The notes below the pieces were generated by a model. That model was not told the DNA's origin. It ran no database searches and worked only from the letters and a program-made list of their open reading frames with translations. The position numbers were made by a program, and so were the translations under genes. Below are positions 52,221 through 64,000 of a stretch of DNA of 64,000 bases, one piece after another. Numbering within the stretch: the stretch's first letter is position 1; each line of letters opens with the position of its first letter. This stretch comes from Macrostomum lignano (Eukaryota): assembly GCA_002269645.1 (NCBI GenBank), contig NIVC01000236.1, forward strand, positions 372,001 through 436,000. Reading direction: 5' to 3'.

Positions 52221-52566
52221 TGTACCTAGACCTCGTTTCTTTCAAACAAAGTCCTAAGAACCAGTTGGTATAAAATCATTTTATACCGAAGATCTCCGGG
52301 ACAATCAGTCATATACAGCTATTGAAATTAAATTCCTAGAAATCAGTTTAAGATAATTAATTTGCGGGGTGACTATTTCTGATATTCCGGTAGTCCGAAA
52401 TCGAATCGATCCGAATATTTTATTAAATTCTTGCGCTGGCACACAGGAGAGCGGGGCTGAGTCAGTCAGTCAGTCAGTCAATAATGAGCACCCCATTGGC
52501 TCCCTGTGCCGCTCAGGCAAGGTAAGAATCCGATTAAGCGCGTGTTGAGTTGTCTTCGATATCAGG

Positions 52567-56982
<4,416 letters not shown>

Positions 56983-57424
56983 GGCTGCGAGGAGTTGTGG
57001 CCGGGGGCCGGCTTCGGGAGAAATCCCGGTCGGGTGGAGCGGCGGCGGTCTCGGTGAGTTTTATAGCCGAGGCGAGAAAGTTGAGTGGAAAAAACTTCAG
57101 AGAGCTCAATGGCTCGGTGATTTCAAAGCAATTCGCTTGTCAAAGGCGAGTTGGGGCGTGGCCGAGCTTTTAAATTTTAACTTTTTTATCGCACAAAGCA
57201 ATTTGTTTATTGACACCTTCGCTTTGTTTGCATGTCTTGAGACAAGTGTTGCTCCTCAAGGGGTGCGAAGGGTTTCCCTTTCATCTTTGAGTTCCCAGTG
57301 GGTTTTTGAGATGGAAAACTGGACGACACAAATTAAAAAGCTTTTTAACAGTCGATCTTTGTCTCAGTGAAAGCGGAGTTGAGTAGTTCGAGTAGTTCAG
57401 GGTGTGGCCTCAGCTCAATTCAGG

Positions 57425-57745
57425 TGTGGCGCCGAATTCAGTTCCGTTGTGGCGCCGAGTTCAGTTCTGTTGTGGCGCCGAGTTCAGTTCTGTTGTGGCG
57501 CCGAGTTCAGTTCTGTTGTGGCGCCGAAATCAGTTCTGTTGTGGCGCCGAGTTCAGTTCTGTTGTGGCGCCGAGTTCAGTTCTGTTGTGGCGCCGAGTTC
57601 AGTTCTGTTGTGGCGCCGAGTTCAGTTCTGTTGTGGCGCCGAGTTCAGTTCTGTTGTGGCGCCGAGTTCAGTTCTGTTGTGGCGCTGAGTTCAGTTCTGT
57701 TGTGGCGCCGAGTTCAGTTCTGTTGTGGCGCCGAGTTCAGTTCAG
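57425..57745. repeat. 23-bp minisatellite upstream of alpha-tubulin
   Basis: Tandem GTGGCGCCGAGTTCAGTTCTGTT. Confidence 0.92.
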
Positions 57746-58193
57746 TGTGGGACTGCGGACTCTGGATCGATAGTCGAATGCAACACTGCTAGCAACTCAG
57801 CCCCTCATCACTGAATCTGCACAAGTTTTTACAAGCCTACTCATACACATATAATCAGCCTTTCACAAAAAATTAATTGCATCATTCGCGAAATGAGTTC
57901 ATTCGCGAACATCTGCATGTCGCGGTGGCTTTATGCTATCATTTACGATTTTGAAATCGACAATGAAAATAAAATCAGTTAAGTTTTGCAACTGTAGGAT
58001 TAGGATTGAATAGCAAAATCTATTTGCCATTAGATGCTCCAACCCTCAACTCAAAGCCAGCCCAGAGAGGCTTCTACCATAGACAGCAGCGAGGCCCTCC
58101 CGTACACTCAGAGCGCTAAGCCGGGCTCGCAGCCCACAGCTAGCAGCATCTCAGCAGCCTCTGACCCACCGCAGGAAGCCGCTTCATCCAGCC

Positions 58194-59558
58194 ATGCGCG
58201 AGTGCATCTCAATCCACGTCGGCCAGGCCGGCATCCAGATCGGCAACGCCTGCTGGGAGCTCTACTGCCTGGAGCACGGCATCCAGCCCGACGGCCTCAT
58301 GACGCCCGGCAGGGAGAAGTGCGACGACTCGCAGGGGCCGTTCTTCTCCGAGACCCTCAGCGGCCGCTACGTGCCGCGCACCATCTTCGTGGACCTGGAG
58401 CCCACCGTGGTCGACGAGGTTCGCTGCGGCACCTACCGCCAGCTGTTCCACCCGGAGCAGCTGATCTCGGGCAAGGAGGACGCCGCCAACAACTACGCCA
58501 GAGGCCACTACACCATCGGCAAGGAGCTGATTGGCACCGTTCGGGAGGTCGTCAACCGGCTGGCGGAGAACTGCGCAGGCCTGCAGGGCTTCCTGGTTTT
58601 TCACTCCTTCGGTGGCGGCACGGGCGCCGGCTTCACCTCGCTGCTGTGCGACCGGCTGTCGTCCGAGTACGGCAAGCGGGCGAAGCTGCAGTTCGCCGTC
58701 TACCCGGCGCCGCAGGTGTCCACGGCTGTGGTGGAGCCGTTCAACGCCATCCTGTGCACCCACGGCACCCTGCCTCACACCGACTGCGCCTTCATGGTGG
58801 ACAACGAGGCCATCTACGACATCTGCAGGAGGAACCTGGACGTCGAGAGGCCCACCTACACCAACCTGAACCGCCTGATCGCGCAGATCGTGTCCTCCAT
58901 CACGGTGTCCCTGCGGTTCGATGGCTCGCTCAACGTGGACATCACCGAGTTCCAGACCAACCTCGTGCCCTACCCCAAGATCCACTTCCCCCTGGCAACC
59001 TACGCTCCCATCGTCTCGACAGAGAAAGCCAACCACGAGCAGCTGAAGGTCAGGGACATCACGTACGCGTGCTTCGAGCCTGGCAACCAGATGGTGAAGT
59101 GCGACCCCCGGCACGGCAAGTACATGTCCTGCTGCCTGCTGTACCGGGGCGACGTCTCCTCCCAGGAGGTCAACGACTCCATCCAGAAGATCAAGAACAA
59201 GCGCGAGATCCAGTTCGTGGACTGGTGCCCCACCGGCTTCAAGGTCGGCCTCAACTACCAGCCGCCCGTCGCGGTGCCCGGAGGCGACCTCGCGAAGGTG
59301 CCTCGAGCGGTCTGCATGCTGAGCAACACCACCGCCATCGCTGAGGCCTGGGACCGGCTGGCCTACAAGTTCGACCTCCTGTACTCGAAGCGCGCCTTCG
59401 TGCACTGGTACGTCGGCGAGGGCATGGAGGAGGGCGAGTTCGCCGAGGCCCGCGAGGAGCTGAGCTCCATGCAGAAGGACTACGAGGAGGTCGGCGTGGA
59501 CAGCGTGGAGGGCGAGGAGGAGGAGGTCGAGGAGTTCGGCAAAGACAAGGACGAGTAG
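58194..59558 (+). CDS. TUBA: Alpha-tubulin, intronless and divergent (454 aa)
   Basis: Single ORF starting [13 protein letters not shown], with [51 protein letters not shown] and [18 protein letters not shown]. Confidence 0.97.
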   Translation: MRECISIHVGQAGIQIGNACWELYCLEHGIQPDGLMTPGREKCDDSQGPFFSETLSGRYVPRTIFVDLEPTVVDEVRCGTYRQLFHPEQLISGKEDAANNYARGHYTIGKELIGTVREVVNRLAENCAGLQGFLVFHSFGGGTGAGFTSLLCDRLSSEYGKRAKLQFAVYPAPQVSTAVVEPFNAILCTHGTLPHTDCAFMVDNEAIYDICRRNLDVERPTYTNLNRLIAQIVSSITVSLRFDGSLNVDITEFQTNLVPYPKIHFPLATYAPIVSTEKANHEQLKVRDITYACFEPGNQMVKCDPRHGKYMSCCLLYRGDVSSQEVNDSIQKIKNKREIQFVDWCPTGFKVGLNYQPPVAVPGGDLAKVPRAVCMLSNTTAIAEAWDRLAYKFDLLYSKRAFVHWYVGEGMEEGEFAEAREELSSMQKDYEEVGVDSVEGEEEEVEEFGKDKDE

Positions 59559-59934
59559 GGCTGTTCTTCCGCGTGCTTCCGGGACAACTTGAGCTGCCTT
59601 TATGCTCTCATATTGCTGGCAGTTGCTGCCAGTAGCTCAGGATTGCTGAGAAGAATTAGGTAGGTAGGTTAGGGCTGGCGATTCAGCCGTGTACAGAACT
59701 TAGCAAATTAAGGCTTAATTTCATATTAGTGTCTTATTCAGCTAGCATAAAGAATTCCTGCAGTATCCTGACTCATCAGCTGAGCTTGCTCGGAAATTTG
59801 TCTACCTTGTCCAATTTATTACACTAGTAAAAATAGAAACATATCTTGTGCTTTCTTTCGGCCGCAGCTGCTCAGAGCAACTCGGCATTTAACCCAACTT
59901 GTGCCTTCCTTCATTTTATAGAGTATGGACAGGC

Positions 59935-60222
59935 AGATCAGTGTGGCGCTTCAGTTCAGATCAGTGTGGCGCCTCAGTTCAGATCAGTGTGGCGCTTCAG
60001 TTCAGATCAGTGTGGCGCTTCAGTTCAGATCAGTGTGGCGCCTCAGTTCAGATCAGTGTGGCGCTTCAGTTCAGATCAGTGTGGCGCCTCAGTTCAGATC
60101 AGTGTGGCGCCTCAGTTCAGATCAGTGTGGCGCCTCAGTTCAGATCAGTGTGGCGCTTCAGTTCAGATCAGTGTGGCGCCTCAGTTCAGATCAGTGTGGC
60201 GCCTCAGTTCAGATCAGTGTGG
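59935..60222. repeat. 23-bp minisatellite downstream of alpha-tubulin
   Basis: Tandem GTGGCGC(C/T)TCAGTTCAGATCAGT. Confidence 0.92.
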
Positions 60223-60408
60223 CCAGCCCAAAATAAATACAAAGGCAAAATTCCAAGGCAGAATCAATTTGATTACTTTACAAAATTGACGCAGTTTAAT
60301 GCTTCTAACAAAAAACTCCATTGGCCTACTAACAGTAGCAGTCAGAGCTGAAGCTAATGAAAAATTTTTAATTTTTAGCAAAAGCGTGCAGCAAATTAAA
60401 GAAGAAGT

Positions 60409-63400
60409 TCATTGGTCGAGATGATGCAGCAGAATATGAACTGCTGTGGCAAAAGCAGACAGAGCCGCCGCCGCAGCAGCCGCAGCAGCCGAGTTGAACT
60501 CGCGTTCAGCTGAATTTGATTCTGAAATATTGAAAGCAGCAATTTTCAAAGCTTTTAAATACAAGGTAAAAATCCTAATCAGTACATTTGCCAGCAGTGC
60601 ACAATCCGCTTCTCAAATAAACTGCTCAACGGCATCCATTAGTGGGATTGCAGATTATTGCTGTTTTATTGGGGTGCGGCTTATTATCATTCTGGCGAGC
60701 CCTGCCGGCCCTCGGGAGCGAAAAGTGAGAAATGATGCAGTGGGACCCACTCCTCTGCCCCAGCCTCCCAGTCCCTCATCTCTTTTGCCATTTAATCAAC
60801 CAAATCAAAGCCTCTCCTTGGAGCATTTTTCTCCCAGCGGGAGACCCGGGGCCAGCGGAAATGAATGGCGAGGGGAGGAAAAGTTCTCCTTTTCCTTTTA
60901 GAGCTCTGATTTTTGCTTGGTGCTCAAATTGCAGCTGCGGGAAGGCAGACTCTTTCTGGGAACCTATTCTACCCACTCTGCTCTACTCTACTCTACTCTG
61001 CTCTGCTCTACTCTACTCTACTCTACTCTACTCTACTCTACTCTTCTCTACTCTACTCTTCTCTACTCTACTCTACTCATCTCTACTCTGCTCTACTCTA
61101 CTCTTCTCTACTCTACTCTTCTCTTCTCTACTCTTCTCTGCTCTACTCTACTCTACTCTACTCTACTCTACTCTACTCTACTCTACTCTACTCTACTCTA
61201 CTCTACTCTACTCTACTCTACTCTTCTCTACTCTACTCTTCTCTACTCTACTCTACTCTACTCTACTCATCTCTACTCTGCTCTACTCTACTCTACTCTA
61301 CTCTACTCTTCTCTACTCTACTCTACTCTACTCTACTCTACTCTACTCTACTCTACTCTACTCTACTCTACTCTTCTCTACTCTACTCTTCTCTACTCTA
61401 CTCTACTCTACTCTACTCATCTCTACTCTGCTCTACTCTACTCTACTCTACTCTACTCTTCTCTACTCTACTCTACTCTACTCTTCTCTACTCTACTCTA
61501 CTCTACTCTACTCATCTCTACTCTGCTCTACTCTACTCTACTCTTCTCTACTCTACTCTACTCTACTCTACTCTACTCTAATCTATTCTAGTCTAGTCCA
61601 CTGTGTTCAAATCTAATGCACGCTACTCTACTCAACTCCGCTCCCAGCTTGTCTCACCCTGGCAGCTAGTCTTCAGCAGGTCCTCAGCAAAGTTCCTGAT
61701 GTGATAGAAGTTGAACTGCAGATAGTAGCATTGCGAGTCCATAAGGCTGAGTATGTAGTGCACGCAGGCCTGCGACTTCTGCACAGTCATCTGAGACCGC
61801 CTGCTCGGAGTAGGGGGGTGGTTCTCAGAATTCACTCCCATCGGAGGCTGGTGCTAACCATGTGCTTCTCTAATCACAGCAAGCACGGAATTCTATCAGC
61901 TTTTGTATGTGGTTGCCACTGATCTACCTGCTCCCGCACTCCCTGTACCCAATTAACTGCCACTGATCTACCTGCTCCCGCACTCCCTGTACCCAATTAA
62001 CTGCCACTGATCTACCTGCTCCCGCACTCCCTGAACCCAATTAACTGCCACTGATCTACCTGCTCCCGCACTCCGTGTACCCAATTAACTGCCACTGATC
62101 TACCTGCTCCCGCACTCCCTGAACCTAATTAACTGCCACTGATCTACCTGCTCCCGCACTCCCTGAACCTAATTAACTGCCACTGATCTACCTGCTCCCG
62201 CACTCCGTGTACCCAATTAACTGCCACTGAGCTACCTGCTCCCGCACTCCCTCTCCGCCATGCCATTCTGACCTCAAATAAAACATGCTGATCCATTCCA
62301 ATACATTTTAGTAGCCCTAAATAGACTGCTTGATATACTTCTGTGAGAAATTTGGTTCAGTGTTGTTGTGGTAACGGCATTGTTAGCAACTTTCTTACTA
62401 TATTTTTTGCAGAGAAGCACGGCAAAATATGAAACATGTGCACATTTGTTCGGTCGTTTGAGAGATTATTAATGTGGTTGGCTTGTTAATATAAATTAAA
62501 CTATTAATACTGTGCGCTTGCTGTGCCTCACCGATCCATTCTTGATGCAGACGAATTCGAATTTTGGAAAGCGGAAGAAGAACATATTTTAAATTGATTA
62601 CTTGGGTGGCCTGAGGCGGGCGGCGAGATCAGAGAGGGCGGGTGCTGGTGGCCTGAAGCGGGCGGCGAGATCAGAGAGGGCGGGTGCTGGTGGCCTGAGG
62701 CGGGCGGCGAGATCAGAGAGGGCGGGTGCTGGTGGCCTGAGGCGGGCGGTGAGATCAGAGAGGGCGGGTGCTGGTGGCCTGAGGCGGGCGGCGAGATCAG
62801 AGAGGGCGGGTGCTGGTGGCCTGAGGCGGGCGGCGAGATCAGAGAGGGCGGGTGCTGGTGGCCTGAGGCGGGCGGCGAGATCAGAGAGGGCGGGTGCTGG
62901 TGGCCTGAGGCGGGCGGCGAGATCAGAGAGGGCGGGTGCTGGTGGCCTGAGGCGGGCGGCGAGATCAGAGAGGGCGGGTGCTGGTGGCCTGAGGCGGGCG
63001 GTGAGATCAGAGAGGGCGGGTGCTGGTGGCCTGAGGCGGGCGGCGAGATCAGAGAGGGCGGGTGCTGGTGGCCTGAGGCGGGCGGCGAGATCAGAGAGGG
63101 CGGGTGCTGGTGGCCTGAGGCGGGCGGTGAGATCAGAGAGGGCGGGTGCTGGTGGCCTGAGGCGGGCGGCGAGATCAGAGAGGGCGGGTGCTGGTGGCCT
63201 GAGGCGGGCGGCGAGATCAGAGAGGGCGGGTGCTGGTGGCCTGAGGCGGGCGGTTAGAGGGCAGATTTATTACTATCCGAGGATGCACTTTGCCAGACAG
63301 CTCGGTGAAGAACTCACGAGCACATGACGCTCTGGGTGATGCCATCAAAGAGGGCCTCGACGCAGAGGTTGACGTAGTGCGGCAAATTCTTTGGCAGCTC

Positions 63401-63641
63401 GCGACAGTGCAGACCTGCGTGCGGAGTTGGGTTCGATTCTGCGAGGCTTCTGTGCAGAAGTGTTATGAAATTTGGTCTCTCTTAACTCAGGGTCTTACCG
63501 TTGAGTCTCTTTGAGCACAGGTGCTTGTGAGCCAGCTCGACCAGTTCGAATCGCCTCAGCAAACTGGCCGAGTTGCTGCAATCGTGGGTCTCGATCCTCG
63601 ACCGGACACAGTCCGACATGACCGGGTGTTTGGTCATCATG
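60409..63641 (-). CDS. Unknown Cys-rich protein, 3' portion (5' exons lie beyond the window); possible GPI-anchor tail
   Basis: Phase-consistent GT-AG exons 63499-63641, 63318-63414, 61658-61800 and 60409-60509 give MMTKHPVMSDCVRSRIETHDCSNSASLLRRFELVELAHKHLCSKRLNGLHCRELPKNLPHYVNLCVEALFDGITQSVMCSRSQMTVQKSQACVHYILSLMDSQCYYLQFNFYHIRNFAEDLLKTSCQAEREFNSAAAAAAAAALSAFATAVHILLHHLDQ*. The last exon is the least certain. Confidence 0.6.
60972..61580. repeat. (CTCTA)n pentanucleotide satellite
   Basis: Direct reading; lies in the last intron of the unknown minus-strand gene. Confidence 0.92.
61912..62250. repeat. 44-bp minisatellite
   Basis: Tandem CTGCCACTGATCTACCTGCTCCCGCACTCCCTGTACCCAATTAA. Confidence 0.9.
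62604..63253. repeat. 42-bp GC-rich minisatellite
   Basis: Tandem GGTGGCCTGAGGCGGGCGGCGAGATCAGAGAGGGCGGGTGCT, about 15 copies. Confidence 0.92.
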
Positions 63642-63664
63642 CTGTCACTGAGTGGGGGCGGGGA

Positions 63665-64000
63665 TTTCATGGCGGGTGAGTTCATGGCGGGTGAGTTCAT
63701 GGCGGGTGAGTTCATGGCGGGTGAGTTCATGGCGGGTGAGTTCATGGCGGGTGAGTTCATGGGCGGGTTGAGTTCATGGGCGGGTGAGTTCATGGGTGGA
63801 TAAGTTCATGGGCGAGTGAGTTCATGGGCGGGTGAGTTCATGGCGGGTGAGTTCATGGGCGGGTTGAGTTCATGGGCGGGTTGAGTTCATGGGCAGGTGA
63901 GTTCATGGGCGGGTTGAGTTCATGGCGGGTGAGTTCATGGCGGGTTGAGTTCATGGCGGGTGAGTTCATGGCGGGTGAGTTCATGGCGGGTGAGTTCATG
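63665..64000. repeat. 15-17-bp minisatellite running off the window end
   Basis: Tandem GAGTTCATGG(G)CGGGT(T). Confidence 0.92.

Noticed and set aside
62602-63327. 241-aa Arg/Gly/Ala repeat ORF (GGLRRAARSERAGA)n
   Set aside because: A 42-bp unit is a multiple of 3 with no stop. It starts at TTG and lies antisense within an intron, so there is no evidence of coding.

Overview
Eukaryotic (metazoan) genomic DNA. GC-rich exons are separated by introns that each carry a private minisatellite, a style suggestive of a free-living flatworm such as Macrostomum (inference only). Gene models were built by hand from GT-AG sites and phase continuity. From left to right they are: LMF2 (-); a head-to-head QPRT-like gene (+) whose catalytic motifs are degenerate and which gains an Ala/Gln-rich NLS-bearing tail and a RanBP2-type C4 zinc finger; two tandem CRAL-TRIO lipid-transfer paralogs (-), one with a perilipin-like gene nested antisense in intron 1; a CUPID/DUF3338-like coiled-coil gene (+) with an in-frame TAG; a TM-anchored copine-vWA-only gene (+); a divergent SLC18 (VMAT/VAChT-like) transporter (-); a rhodopsin-class GPCR (-) whose single intron is about 3.2 kb of (GATA)n; an intronless divergent alpha-tubulin (+); and the 3' exons of an unknown Cys-rich, possibly GPI-anchored protein (-). 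An ~8 kb AT-rich, CpG-poor, minisatellite-free domain is centred on the LMF2/QPRT-like bidirectional promoter and holds two hAT-type MITEs with 8-bp TSDs. No CRISPR, rRNA or tRNA genes are supported.
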